64,000 nucleotides of DNA from Steroidobacteraceae bacterium (lineage in GTDB: Bacteria; Pseudomonadota; Gammaproteobacteria; Steroidobacterales; Steroidobacteraceae). The DNA lies in contig DAITPA010000003.1 of the NCBI GenBank assembly GCA_036833805.1, positions 4,059-68,058 on the forward strand. Direction: 5' to 3'. Shown here in pieces: positions 10,213-20,476 of this stretch (position 1 is the first letter of the stretch; every line of letters starts with the position of its first letter). The notes under the pieces were generated by a model that made no database searches, was not told the DNA's origin, and worked only from the letters and a program-made list of their open reading frames with translations. The translations under genes and the position numbers were made by a program.

Positions 10213-10801
10213 GAAATCTCCCGGGGACACGGACTTGACCGGCCAACTCGCACAACTCGCGAATGCGCGCTATACACCCGAATCCGATGCCACGGACGCG
10301 GCACTGGCGCGGCGAGCGACCGAATCTCTCATGGTCTTCACGACGCTCGCCGAAGCGCGCCAGGCGGTTAACCGCGCCGCGTCCTCGGCGCAGCGCCTGA
10401 TGTCCATCTACACACCGGATCTGGAGCCCGACCTCTACGACCAGACTGCGTTTCTTGATATCGTCAAACACTTCGTGCTGGCGCGCAGCTTCTCGAAGGT
10501 GCGCGTGCTGTTGGTCGAGCCGACGCGCGTCATGCGTGACAGCAATCGTTTTGTCGCCATGGGGCGGCGTCTGTCAAGCTGTATCGACATCCGCTACGTC
10601 GCCGCCGAGTCCCCGCAACGCGCATCCGCCTATCTGATTGCCGATGACCGCGCGATTGCCTACCGCATGCGCGCTGATACCTGGGACGGCATCGCCGACT
10701 TCAACAATCCTCCCGTGGCCAAACTGTACCTGACCGAGTTCGATACTGTTTGGAATGCGAGCGCCCCAGAACAGGGACTGCGAGTCGCGCGACGTGGTTG
10801 A
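10211..10801 (+). CDS. conserved hypothetical protein (possible degenerate PLD-like fold); start uncertain
   Basis: 196-aa ORF from TTG 10211 (alternative ATG at 10331). Amino-acid composition looks coding. The string KVRVLLVEP...IDIRYV...SAYLIADDRAIAY resembles a phospholipase-D-like repeat without the catalytic His/Lys. No family was securely recognised. Confidence 0.6.
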   Translation: MKSPGDTDLTGQLAQLANARYTPESDATDAALARRATESLMVFTTLAEARQAVNRAASSAQRLMSIYTPDLEPDLYDQTAFLDIVKHFVLARSFSKVRVLLVEPTRVMRDSNRFVAMGRRLSSCIDIRYVAAESPQRASAYLIADDRAIAYRMRADTWDGIADFNNPPVAKLYLTEFDTVWNASAPEQGLRVARRG

Positions 10802-10835
10802 GCAAGATCGGTCGGCGAGCCCGCCGGCCATTATA

Positions 10836-11327
10836 ATGTCGCGCATGGCGTGGAAACCCGACATTACCGTCGCCGCGATCAGCGAGAGCGACGGACGCTT
10901 TCTCGTCGTTGAAGAGCGCATCAATCATCGGCTGGTCTTCAATCAGCCCGCGGGCCACGTGGAAAGCGGCGAGACGATTATTGCGGCCCTCGTGCGTGAG
11001 GTGCGTGAAGAGACGGCATGGGTCTTCATTCCCGAAGCTTTCCTCGGGGTCTACCTGTGGCGCAATCCGTCCTCCGGACGTGCGACGCTGCGTTTCGCTT
11101 TCAGCGGCGCGGTCGTCGACCACGATGCGAGCCAGCCACTTGACCGCGGCATTGTACGTACGCATTGGCTGAGCCGCGCGGAACTTCTCGAGCGCGAGCC
11201 GCGCCTGCGCAGCCCCCTGGTGCTACGCTGCGTGAACGACTACCTCGGCGGGCGCCGTCTGCCGCTTGAGGCTGTGGCAAGCCTGGGCCTTGACACCGCC
11301 GCAGAGGTCGGCGCCGTCAGCCTCTAG
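10836..11327 (+). CDS. NUDIX hydrolase (NudJ-like)
   Basis: ORF 10755..11327. The start chosen is the ATG at 10836 (MSRMAWKPDITVAAI). Nudix box GHVESGETIIAALVREVREETAW. Confidence 0.8.
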   Translation: MSRMAWKPDITVAAISESDGRFLVVEERINHRLVFNQPAGHVESGETIIAALVREVREETAWVFIPEAFLGVYLWRNPSSGRATLRFAFSGAVVDHDASQPLDRGIVRTHWLSRAELLEREPRLRSPLVLRCVNDYLGGRRLPLEAVASLGLDTAAEVGAVSL

Positions 11328-11371
11328 TCGCACACGCACACGGCGCGCGTCGGACGCGTACAATTTACGCC

Positions 11372-12484
11372 ATGGTCTCCTCCACCTATCGAGTCATCGT
11401 CGGCCTGTCGGGCGGCGTGGATTCGGCCGTCGCTGCGCTTCTTCTGCAGGAGCAGGGTTGGGACGTCCAGGGGCTCTTCATGAGCAATTGGGATGAGGAG
11501 GATGACTCCTATTGCACGGCGGCCGAAGACTACCAGGACGCACGCGCGGTGGGACGCGAACTTGGGATTCCTGTACATCGGGTCAGCTTCGCCGCCGAGT
11601 ATCGTGCGCGTGTGTTTGCGCATTTTCTGCAGGAGCAGCGTGCCGGCCGCACCGGCAACCCCGACATCCTCTGCAACCGCGAGATCAAATTCGGCGCCGC
11701 CCTTACCTACGCGCAACGCCTGGGCGCGCCATGGTTTGCAACCGGCCACTACGCCCGCTTGCTGCCGGGAGCCGGCGGCGTCGAACTACACAAGGCAGTC
11801 GATGCAGCAAAGGATCAGAGCTACTTCCTGCATGCCGTGGCGCGCGCGCAGTTGGCGCGCACCCTGATGCCGCTCGGGGAAATCGAAAAAGGCGCCGTGC
11901 GCGAGCGCGCCCGCCGCGCGGGCCTGCCGGTGTTCGACAAACCCGACAGCACCGGGATCTGCTTTATCGGCGAGCGGCCGTTTCGCGAATTTCTCGCGCG
12001 CTTCCTGCCCGACACACCTGGTGCGATCGAGACACCTGAGCGAGAACAGCTCGGGACTCATCGTGGTCTTGCCTTCTACACGCTTGGGCAGCGCGAGGGT
12101 TTGTCGATCGGGGGCCGCCGCGGCTTCTCGCCGGCGCCCTGGTTCGTCGCGGCGAAGGATGCCGCGCGCAACGTGCTCGTGGTCGTGCAAGGCCACGACC
12201 ATGCGCTGCTAAAGAGCACTGAGCTTGCGACGGGCCGTATGCATTGGTTGACAGATGCACGGTCGGGTTGCTTTCGGTGTGAGGTAAAGGTGCGCTACCG
12301 TCAGGCGGATCAGGGCGCGCGGGTCGCAGTGCGTTCCGATGGCAGCACGCACATTATTTTCGATACGCCGCAACGAGCCGTAACCCCCGGGCAATACGCG
12401 GTGCTCTACGAGGCGGACCGGTGCCTCGGCGGTGCGGCCATCGAAACCGTTGCGCCACAGGGTCGCTTGAGCGCCGCCGCCTAA
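11372..12484 (+). CDS. mnmA: tRNA 2-thiouridine(34) synthase
   Basis: 370-aa ORF with PP-loop VGLSGGVDSAVAA, NPDILCNREIKFG and GHYAR. Confidence 0.95.
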   Translation: MVSSTYRVIVGLSGGVDSAVAALLLQEQGWDVQGLFMSNWDEEDDSYCTAAEDYQDARAVGRELGIPVHRVSFAAEYRARVFAHFLQEQRAGRTGNPDILCNREIKFGAALTYAQRLGAPWFATGHYARLLPGAGGVELHKAVDAAKDQSYFLHAVARAQLARTLMPLGEIEKGAVRERARRAGLPVFDKPDSTGICFIGERPFREFLARFLPDTPGAIETPEREQLGTHRGLAFYTLGQREGLSIGGRRGFSPAPWFVAAKDAARNVLVVVQGHDHALLKSTELATGRMHWLTDARSGCFRCEVKVRYRQADQGARVAVRSDGSTHIIFDTPQRAVTPGQYAVLYEADRCLGGAAIETVAPQGRLSAAA

Positions 12485-12539
12485 GACGCCTTGCCGCGCA
12501 AAGGGTAATGCGCATGCCCGCGGCGGCTCATGCGCGTTA

Positions 12540-12545
12540 TATAAT
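12540..12545 (+). promoter_or_regulatory. candidate -10 hexamer (TATAAT) upstream of acnA, just after an mnmA-distal hairpin
   Basis: A perfect tataat lies 33 nt upstream of the acnA ATG. It is preceded by inverted repeat atgcgcatg(12508-12516)/catgcgcgt(12529-12537). No convincing -35 was seen. Confidence 0.3.
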
Positions 12546-12577
12546 TGTGCGTTGTTGAATTTCGCGGAACGATACTC

Positions 12578-15271
12578 ATGACGGACAGCTTCAAGACACG
12601 ATCCGCGCTGACGGTCGGCTCACGGCGTTACCAAATCGCAAGCCTTGCCGCGCTCCCACACGACAAAGTGGCGCGCCTGCCTTATTCCTTGAAGATTCTG
12701 CTCGAGAATCTCCTGCGCTTTGAAGACGGCGTCAACGTCAAAAGAAGCGATATCGAGGCGCTCCTCGCCTGGAACCCGAATGCTGCGCCAGCGCATGAGA
12801 TCGCATTCACGCCCGCCCGAGTCATACTGCAAGACTTCACCGGCGTGCCGTGCATCGTCGACCTGGCCGCGATGCGCGAGGCGATCGTCAAGCTCGGTGG
12901 CAATCCGGAGCGCGTCAATCCGCTCGCACCCGCGGAGCTCGTGATCGATCATTCTGTGCAGGTCGACGAGTACGGCACTGCGCAGGCGCTGGCAGCGAAC
13001 AACAAGATCGAGTTTGAACGCAACATCGAGCGTTATGGGTTCCTGCGTTGGGGACAGAGCGCATTTCGCAATTTCAATGTCGTCCCGCCGAACACCGGTA
13101 TCGTTCACCAGGTCAATCTTGAGCATTTAGCGCGCGTGGTTTTTCACGACGAGAAGGACGGGGTGCGGCACGCCTATCCTGACACGCTTGTTGGCACGGA
13201 CTCGCATACGACGATGATCAATGGCCTCGGGGTGCTCGGTTGGGGCGTCGGCGGCATTGAGGCGGAAGCGGCGATGCTGGGTCAACCCGTCACCATGCTC
13301 ATTCCGCAAGTAATCGGCGTAAGACTGCGCGGCAGCCTCGACCCCGGCGCGACCGCGACCGATCTTGTGCTCACCGTCACCGAAATGCTGCGCAAGAAGG
13401 GTGTCGTCGACAAGTTCGTGGAGTTCTTTGGCGACGGGCTTGCCAACTTGCCGCTCGCTGACCGCGCCACGATTGCGAATATGTCACCGGAGTTCGGCAG
13501 CACCTGCGCCATCTTTCCCATTGATGCGGAGACGTTGCGCTATCTCGAACTCACGGGTCGGCCAGCGGAGCAGATTGAGCTCGTCGCGGCCTACGCCAAG
13601 GCGCAAGGATTGTGGCGCGAGAATGGACAGAAGCCGGCCGACTATAGCGACATCGTGGAGCTTGATCTTGCCAGCGTCGAGCCGAGTCTCGCAGGTCCTC
13701 GCCGCCCGCAGGACCGCGTGCCGCTGCGTGCGGCCAAACAGGCCTACCAGGCTGCCCACAAGCAGATGGCCGCGGAGCGCACGCAGAAAAACCCACAGGC
13801 AACCGGCCATGCCGCGGCCGTCGTCGGCGACACGCATTTTGAAGTGCAGGACGGCGCGGTCCTGATCGCAGCGATCACAAGCTGCACCAATACATCCAAT
13901 CCCGCGGTGCTCATCGCCGCAGGTCTGCTCGCCCGCAATGCGCGCCAGCGCGGACTTGCCACCAAGCCGTGGGTGAAGACGAGCCTCTCGCCCGGCTCGC
14001 GCGTCGTTACGGACTACCTAACAAAAGCCGGTCTCACGGCCGATCTTGAGGCGCTGGGCTTCTACACGGCGGGCTACGGTTGCCAGACCTGCATCGGCAA
14101 CAGCGGTCCGCTCAAGACCGAAATCTCCGACGCCGTCAAAGTCGGCGACGTCATCGCATGCGCGGTGCTCTCGGGCAATCGCAATTTCGAAGGCCGAGTG
14201 CATCCGGAAGTGAAAATGAATTTTTTGGCTTCACCGCCGCTGGTGGTGGCCTATGCGCTCGCCGGTACGCTGGAAGTGGATATGAATACCGAACCGCTCG
14301 GCGTCGGTAGCGCCGGCCGGCCGGTCTACTTGCGGGACATATGGCCCGGACCCAAGGAGATCCAGGAGGTCATCGTTGGGTCGGTAACTTCAGCGATGTT
14401 CAAGCGCAGCTACAGCAGCGTGTTCGCCGGCGATGAGCTGTGGAACGCGATCGCCATCCCGAAAGGCACGGTGTACGCCTGGGATGAGGCCTCGACTTAC
14501 GTCAAGAACCCACCCTACTTCGACGGCATGACCATGACGGCGCCTGCCATTAATGACGTCCGTGACGCGCGCGTCCTCGCGATTCTCGGCGATTCGGTCA
14601 CGACTGATCACATCTCACCGGCGGGCAATATTGCGAAGTCGAGCCCGGCCGCGAGCTATCTCGTCGAACAAGGTGTGAAGGTCGCGGACTTCAACTCCTA
14701 CGGCGCACGTCGCGGCAATCACGAGGTGATGATGCGCGGCACGTTCGCCAACATCAGGCTGCGCAACCTCCTCGTGGCGGGCGTCGAGGGCGGGATTACT
14801 GTGCACCTGCCAAGCGGCGAGCAGATGTCGATCTATGAGGCCGCGATGCGCTATCGGCGCGAGCACACACCCCTCATCGTGCTTGCCGGACGCGAGTACG
14901 GCACGGGATCATCGCGAGACTGGGCGGCGAAGGGCACCATGCTGCTCGGCGTCAAGGCCGTGATTGCGCAGAGCTTCGAGCGCATCCATCGCTCGAATCT
15001 CATCGGTATGGGCGTGCTGCCGCTGCAATTCCCGGTCGGAGAGAACGCCCAGTCGTTGGGGCTGAGCGGCCACGAAGTATTCAACATCACCGGCTTGGCG
15101 GGCGGTGAGGCGCGCTCTGTGAAGGTCACCGCTGTCCAAGCGCTCGGACAGCCGATCAGCTTTGACGCGCGCGTGCGGATCGACACGCCAAAGGAGCGCG
15201 AGTACTTCCGTCACGGGGGTATATTGCAGTATGTGCTGCGGCAGCTCGCCGCACCGGCGCGCGCCGCCTAA
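12578..15271 (+). CDS. acnA: aconitate hydratase A
   Basis: ORF 12545..15271. The start chosen is the ATG at 12578 ([13 protein letters not shown]). Strings [63 protein letters not shown] and [10 protein letters not shown] are present. Confidence 0.95.
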   Translation: MTDSFKTRSALTVGSRRYQIASLAALPHDKVARLPYSLKILLENLLRFEDGVNVKRSDIEALLAWNPNAAPAHEIAFTPARVILQDFTGVPCIVDLAAMREAIVKLGGNPERVNPLAPAELVIDHSVQVDEYGTAQALAANNKIEFERNIERYGFLRWGQSAFRNFNVVPPNTGIVHQVNLEHLARVVFHDEKDGVRHAYPDTLVGTDSHTTMINGLGVLGWGVGGIEAEAAMLGQPVTMLIPQVIGVRLRGSLDPGATATDLVLTVTEMLRKKGVVDKFVEFFGDGLANLPLADRATIANMSPEFGSTCAIFPIDAETLRYLELTGRPAEQIELVAAYAKAQGLWRENGQKPADYSDIVELDLASVEPSLAGPRRPQDRVPLRAAKQAYQAAHKQMAAERTQKNPQATGHAAAVVGDTHFEVQDGAVLIAAITSCTNTSNPAVLIAAGLLARNARQRGLATKPWVKTSLSPGSRVVTDYLTKAGLTADLEALGFYTAGYGCQTCIGNSGPLKTEISDAVKVGDVIACAVLSGNRNFEGRVHPEVKMNFLASPPLVVAYALAGTLEVDMNTEPLGVGSAGRPVYLRDIWPGPKEIQEVIVGSVTSAMFKRSYSSVFAGDELWNAIAIPKGTVYAWDEASTYVKNPPYFDGMTMTAPAINDVRDARVLAILGDSVTTDHISPAGNIAKSSPAASYLVEQGVKVADFNSYGARRGNHEVMMRGTFANIRLRNLLVAGVEGGITVHLPSGEQMSIYEAAMRYRREHTPLIVLAGREYGTGSSRDWAAKGTMLLGVKAVIAQSFERIHRSNLIGMGVLPLQFPVGENAQSLGLSGHEVFNITGLAGGEARSVKVTAVQALGQPISFDARVRIDTPKEREYFRHGGILQYVLRQLAAPARAA

Positions 15272-15313
15272 CGCGCCGTCGCGGTTGCCGTGCCGCAAAA
15301 GCCGCCTGCGACC

Positions 15314-15961
15314 ATGGCGCTTGTCGTCTTCGATCTTGACGGCACAATCAGTCGTCACGATACCTTGCTCGCGTATCTGATCGGCTTTCTGCGCCGCAAT
15401 CCTGCGCGCTGGCCGCGCGTTCTTCTGTGGATCCCTGCGGTGCTGCTGTTCGTTACTGGCTTTGCAGACCGCGGTGCCTTGAAGTCTGCATTGATGAAGG
15501 CGGCGCTCGGCGGCTGCACCCGCGCCAAGATCGACGCCTGGACGGATCGCTATGTGTCCGAGCTCTTGCAGCACGGCGTGTTTGCCGACGCCTTGAGCGC
15601 GGTCGCGCAACATCGAAGCGAGCGTGACCTGCTCGTGCTGATGAGCGCAAGTCCCGACCTTTACGTGCCGGAGATCGCGCGGCGGCTCGGCTTCTTCGAG
15701 GCGATCTGTACGGGCGTGCGTTGGCAGGGCGAGCGCTTTGGCGGCGAGCTTACGACACCGAACCGGCGAGGCGCGGAGAAAGCATTGTGCTTCGCGGCGC
15801 TGCAGCAGCGCTATCCGGGCATGCCGACGGTCGCCTATGCGAACAGCGCGAGCGACTTTGATCACATGCGGCTCGCCGACGCGGCATGGCTCGTAAATCC
15901 CTCGCCGGCACTATTACGCGATGCCGAACACGCGCACTTCCGCGCGCTGACCTGGCGCTGA
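15314..15961 (+). CDS. HAD-IB family hydrolase (phosphoserine phosphatase-like)
   Basis: ORF 15290..15961. The ATG at 15314 gives MALVVFDLDGTISRHDT (HAD motif I), followed by LMSASPD and the ANSASDFDHM region. Confidence 0.8.
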   Translation: MALVVFDLDGTISRHDTLLAYLIGFLRRNPARWPRVLLWIPAVLLFVTGFADRGALKSALMKAALGGCTRAKIDAWTDRYVSELLQHGVFADALSAVAQHRSERDLLVLMSASPDLYVPEIARRLGFFEAICTGVRWQGERFGGELTTPNRRGAEKALCFAALQQRYPGMPTVAYANSASDFDHMRLADAAWLVNPSPALLRDAEHAHFRALTWR

Positions 15962-16197
15962 TGGCGCGCTCGGTACGCCCAACTACGAACCCATCGCCAT
16001 CTATTTGAAGCTCGGCGGCTATGCGCCGCCTGTGACGGAGAAGTGCCGTAACGCGGCAATCACCCCAAACGCGATGGATGGATTGATCATGACTTGTCAT
16101 CCGAATTCGCGGTAGCCGACGCTAGCGGTCGGAAGCGAGGCGCTCTTGTCGACGTTGTCCAAGCTTCGCGCAGCAGCTGCGACCCCAACTCGCCGGG

Positions 16198-17559
16198 TTA
16201 TCCCGGTCGCAGTGTCCGGCTGAGGCGCCGCCCGAATAGCGCTACAAAAAGTCCGCCGCCAGTGGCGATTGCGGCGTGCAATGCCCAAAATACGCTGGGC
16301 TGCATTTTCTCGTAGAAACCACCGATCCAGCCTATGAGAATGTTCGACACGAACAGGCTCATATAGGCAATCCCCATTAGGGTGGCGTTCACTTTGGCCG
16401 GCGCCGCGCGCGAGACCAGCGCGAGAAGCGTCGGCCAGTAGTAAAGGAAGGCGATTCCCAAGCCGATGCAATAGAGGAGCGGCCAAAGCGGGTGAATAGG
16501 CGCGCCGCCCGAAGCAAGCACTGCGGCCACCAGGATCAGGTTGCTTGCCGCGGCGATCCAGGCGCCGATGCCGATCTTTGCGAGCTCGTCGGGCTCGCGA
16601 CGGCGTGACGCTTGGCGGCGCCATATCCAGAACAAGAGCGGCACGCCTACGATACTGGCGAGCGAACTGATCGATTGGTACCAGGGAATCGGGATGCGAA
16701 AGCTGCCGACATCGAGTGCGACATGCTGCTGCATCCAGATGGGCATCACGTTGAATAGTTGATAGTAAGCCGTTGACTGGAAGACCGTGATAAACATCAC
16801 GGCGATGAGCGCGACGATGATGCGCCGATCGGCGGCGCTGAGTCGGCTGCCCTCGTGTTTGCTCCGCTCCACTCTCGCAGGCAAATAACGGTATCCATAC
16901 AGATAGGTTGCCAGGCCGACGAGCATAAAGATCGCGGCTACGCCGAAGCCGTAGTGCCAGCCATAAAACTGCGCGAGCAGACCGCAGCACAACGGTCCAA
17001 CGACCGCTCCGATGTTGATTCCGGTGCTGAAGATGACGAAGCCGCGGGTGCGTCGCGCTTCGTCTTCGCGCGGATAAAGCGCGCCTACCTGCGCCGAGAT
17101 ATTGCCTTTGAGGAAGCCCGAGCCGATGACCAGCAGTAGCAGGGCCAGGAGGAACGTTTTATCAAAAGTCATGGCGATATGACCGGCGCTCATTGACAGC
17201 GCGCCGATCACTACGGCAGTGCGCTGTCCGATCCAGCGGTCGGCAATCATGCCGCCGAGTAGCGGCGTGAAGTACACGAAACCCGTGTAGAGACCAAAAA
17301 TCTGTGATGCGAGTGCCTGCGTTGACAGCGGGCCGAGGAGCGATTCCACCGCGGCACGGAACTCGGCGAAGCCAGCGATGTGCTCGACATGCCCAGGCAG
17401 CAGCAGCTGGTTCACCATGTACAGAGCGAGCAGCGCCGTCATTCCATAGTAGGAGAACCGCTCCCACGCTTCGGTGAAGGCGAGGTAGAAAAGGCCCTTG
17501 GGATGACCCACGAAGGTCGCTTCAGCGGCGCGCCTGAACGTGGCTTCGACTGTACCCAT
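16198..17559 (-). CDS. POT/PTR2 family proton-dependent oligopeptide transporter
   Basis: 453-aa multi-TM ORF with ERFSYYGMTALLALYM and GGMIADRWIGQR, the POT signature regions. Confidence 0.9.
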   Translation of the reverse strand: MGTVEATFRRAAEATFVGHPKGLFYLAFTEAWERFSYYGMTALLALYMVNQLLLPGHVEHIAGFAEFRAAVESLLGPLSTQALASQIFGLYTGFVYFTPLLGGMIADRWIGQRTAVVIGALSMSAGHIAMTFDKTFLLALLLLVIGSGFLKGNISAQVGALYPREDEARRTRGFVIFSTGINIGAVVGPLCCGLLAQFYGWHYGFGVAAIFMLVGLATYLYGYRYLPARVERSKHEGSRLSAADRRIIVALIAVMFITVFQSTAYYQLFNVMPIWMQQHVALDVGSFRIPIPWYQSISSLASIVGVPLLFWIWRRQASRRREPDELAKIGIGAWIAAASNLILVAAVLASGGAPIHPLWPLLYCIGLGIAFLYYWPTLLALVSRAAPAKVNATLMGIAYMSLFVSNILIGWIGGFYEKMQPSVFWALHAAIATGGGLFVALFGRRLSRTLRPG

Positions 17560-17625
17560 CGTGCTTGCTCTCCGCTCGCGCAGTCGAAGCGCGTGCGCTA
17601 TTTAGCGGCCTCAGCATTCGCGCCT

Positions 17626-17650
17626 GTGCGGCAGGAGTTCACTGCCGCGC
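17626..17650 (-). terminator. hairpin between the TIR-TPR gene and the POT transporter gene (no U-tract)
   Basis: gtgcggcag-gagttca-ctgccgcgc forms a 9-bp stem including one G-U pair. Confidence 0.3.
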
Positions 17651-17693
17651 GCGCCAGCGGCACTCCAGTGCCCGCGGAATCTCTCCGGCCCCA

Positions 17694-19781
17694 CTACTCT
17701 GGCAGCTTCATCTCTTTCAGAAATTCTTTGTAGCGCGGGTCCGCGACCAGCGCTCGCAGCAGCGGATCCCGGCGCACCCAGATGACTCCCGGATCGTGGC
17801 GCACGTGCGCCGCTTGGAGCCAGTGGAAAGCCTGCTCGCGTTCACCGAAGTAGGCGTAGGTCTCCGCGACCTGGAACTCCGAGCCCGCCGAATTCGCGAC
17901 CATGGCCGCGAGTGCCGTGTGCGCGTCGGCGCCTCGATGCAGTTTCCAGTAGGCAAGCGGTAGTCCAAAAGACTTCCAGCTCGGCGACGGCTCCGCTTCG
18001 ATGGCCGTCAATGCCGCGTTGCCGTCACCACCGGCGAGCAGCACCCGCGTGAGCTCGTAGCGCACCCCCGGGAACATTGGGTTGAGCTCAATCAGCCGGC
18101 GCAGCGTCGTCTCCGCTTCGGCAAGCCGGTCTTCGTAATAAAGCGCCCGCGCGAGGTAACGACGCAGCAGCGGGTTCAGCGGGTCCTTCTCAATGCCGCG
18201 GCGGAAATACGTCTCCGCATCGGCTAGCGTGCCCGTTGCCTGCGTGAGGTGGCCCGCGAACTGCAGCACCGCAGGGTTGTTCGCGTCGAGCGCCTGCGCC
18301 TTGCGCAGCAGGTCGGCCGCGGTCACCCAATTAGTTTCGTACTGCATTCGCGCTGAGCCGAGCGTTAGGTAGCCCTCCGGGAGCTTTGGATCGAGCGCGA
18401 TCGCCCGCTCGGCCGCCGCGCGCGTCTTGGCGTAGCCCACGCCATTGGTGTCGGCCCCGTTCGCCACGCGCCGCGCGTAGCACTGCGCGAGCCACGCATA
18501 GGCAAGCGCATAGTTCGGATCGATCGCAATCGCCTGCTCGTACAGGACCACGGCTTTGTCGAGATCCTCGGGATTGTCGCGCTCGGCGAAGTACCGCGCC
18601 TGCAGATAGAGATTGTAGGCCTCTGGGCTCGCGGTCGCCGTGGGCGCGGCGGGCGCGCTCAGCAGCGCCACTTTCAGCTGTTCGACGACCGCGCCCGCAA
18701 TCTCGTCCTGGACCTTGAAGACGTCGTTGAGTTGCCGATCGTAGGTCTCTGACCAGAGGTGAAAGCCGGTGTCGGCGCGAATCAACTGCGCGGTGATCCG
18801 CAGGTTATTGCCAGATTTGCGAACACTGCCCTCGAGCACATGCGCGACCATCAGCCGCCTGGCGATCGTCGGAATGTCCTCGGACTTGCCCTTAAAGTAG
18901 AACGAGGAAGTGCGCGCGGGAACGTGGAGTCCCGGAATCTTTACGAGTAGATCGATGAGCTCTTCTGAAAGCCCGTCGGAGAAGTACTCCTGATCCTTCT
19001 TTTCGCTCATGTCGGTGAACGGCAGCACGGCGATAGACTTGTCGCTGACGGCGGTTGCCGCCGCCGAAGCCGCAGTCTTTGCCGACATTCCAGCCGCGGC
19101 CTGGCTCGACACTTCGGGTGCTGCCGTGCGCTTGGACAGCCAAATTCGATCCGCAAGCACATAGGCGACGCCAGCCGCCAGCAAACCAAGCACGAGTGTC
19201 ATGGCACGGGTGCGGCCACGCGGCGGAACTGCGCTTGGAGCGGCAGATGCAACGGGCGGTGGCTCCGTCTGCGCAGCGGGGCTGCTCGCGGCAAGCATTG
19301 CACGGCTCGTCTTACCGCGGTCGCGACCGCGCACGGACTCCACCAGCGCCGGAAGAATTCTCTCGATCGGGCCTGCGGACGCATCAAGCCAGTGGTTGGC
19401 GCTCAGGAAGTATTCAAGATCTGGCGGTAACGCGGCGGCGTCCATGCGGATGGACAGCACGGGACGCTTCTTGGAACTCGCCCGCTCCACTTCCCGAAGC
19501 ACGTGCGGGGAATCGATGGCGCTCTTTGAGAGCACCAGCACCAGCATTCTGCAGTCGTTGATCGCCTGCACAATCGCTGCAGCATAGGACTCACCCGCGC
19601 GCACGTCGCGAGGCGCGATCCAGCACGACAAACCTGCAGCCTCGAGTGCTGCACAGACGCTGTCCGCCACGACCACGTCCTGCGAGGCGTAGCTAACAAA
19701 GGTCTTGGCAACCGAACCTGTTGCGCCCGTGGCGGCCGGCGCTGAACTAGGGTTGTTTTCCAATCCGCCGGCTTCGGTCAT
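17694..19781 (-). CDS. membrane-anchored TIR-domain protein with periplasmic TolB_N-like module and TPR repeats
   Basis: ORF 17694..19844 (GTG). The ATG at 19781 is preferred. The N-terminus has KTFVSYASQD...CWIAPRD...LVLVLSKSAIDSPHVLREVERA (TIR_2-like). One TM helix follows (AMTLVLGLLAAGVAYVLADRIW), then SIAVLPFTDMS...YFSDGLSEELI, then repeated TPR-like units to the C-terminus. Confidence 0.8.
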   Translation of the reverse strand: MTEAGGLENNPSSAPAATGATGSVAKTFVSYASQDVVVADSVCAALEAAGLSCWIAPRDVRAGESYAAAIVQAINDCRMLVLVLSKSAIDSPHVLREVERASSKKRPVLSIRMDAAALPPDLEYFLSANHWLDASAGPIERILPALVESVRGRDRGKTSRAMLAASSPAAQTEPPPVASAAPSAVPPRGRTRAMTLVLGLLAAGVAYVLADRIWLSKRTAAPEVSSQAAAGMSAKTAASAAATAVSDKSIAVLPFTDMSEKKDQEYFSDGLSEELIDLLVKIPGLHVPARTSSFYFKGKSEDIPTIARRLMVAHVLEGSVRKSGNNLRITAQLIRADTGFHLWSETYDRQLNDVFKVQDEIAGAVVEQLKVALLSAPAAPTATASPEAYNLYLQARYFAERDNPEDLDKAVVLYEQAIAIDPNYALAYAWLAQCYARRVANGADTNGVGYAKTRAAAERAIALDPKLPEGYLTLGSARMQYETNWVTAADLLRKAQALDANNPAVLQFAGHLTQATGTLADAETYFRRGIEKDPLNPLLRRYLARALYYEDRLAEAETTLRRLIELNPMFPGVRYELTRVLLAGGDGNAALTAIEAEPSPSWKSFGLPLAYWKLHRGADAHTALAAMVANSAGSEFQVAETYAYFGEREQAFHWLQAAHVRHDPGVIWVRRDPLLRALVADPRYKEFLKEMKLPE

Positions 19782-20140
19782 GCCGCAAGGCTCTTTGCTA
19801 CTTCGGGCGCATGTTCGCGGAAGCGCTATCGGATGGCAACTCACTCACGCACCGAAAAAGCGCAAGTCTCAACTCCGGCAACTTCTGTCAGGTCAGCATG
19901 GGGGTCGGTCTTGGTCCATTGCGTCGAAAATCCACAATCCCCAGACCAGTGTCATGCTGCCGAAAGTCACTCCAGTCGCAGTTGGCCGCCGCTCTGCTCG
20001 TATATAAAAACGAGAGGCTCGGCGCCAAAAAATCGCCTGTTGCCGGGTGAATAGCGCAAGGTTTTGAGCAGCGCCCAAGCATCGTGCGGGGAAACGCAGC
20101 ACTGCCTCGGTACGCCGCACGCCGTGATCGAGCGTCTCGA

Positions 20141-20476
20141 CTATCGTTGCCAAAATGTAACGATGCTGCCGCCGGCAATAATGAGCGCACCTCCCAAGAG
20201 GATGGGCACACTCGGCAGAGAGCGGAAGGCGACGAAATTGACGATCTGCCAGACCACAAAAAGCGTTGCAATATACAACCCGACAACCCGCCCAAATTCA
20301 ATAGGCGCAAGGTTCAGCGAAAGGCCGTATCCGAACAGCAGTACTGCCCCGGCAAAAAACAACGACGCGCGCGGCACGCCGCTATGCTGAGTAAGCCCCA
20401 TCCGCACAATCGCGTCACCAAACGCCTCCAGCGTCGTGGCTACAATGAGAAACCCTAGTACAGTGAGTCTATCCAC
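20141..20476 (-). CDS. small 4-TM membrane protein (SMR/DMT-superfamily, YnfA/UPF0060-like)
   Basis: 111-aa hydrophobic ORF with a GTG start at 20476 preceded by GAGGGGA. Four predicted hydrophobic spans are visible. The resemblance to small DMT-type proteins is by eye only. Confidence 0.6.
   Translation of the reverse strand: MDRLTVLGFLIVATTLEAFGDAIVRMGLTQHSGVPRASLFFAGAVLLFGYGLSLNLAPIEFGRVVGLYIATLFVVWQIVNFVAFRSLPSVPILLGGALIIAGGSIVTFWQR

Noticed and set aside
19845-20140. Minus-strand ORFs 19888..20310 and 19893..20153 as possible small genes upstream of the TIR receptor
   Set aside because: They overlap the well-supported small membrane-protein gene in other frames and lack RBSs, and their translations look random.
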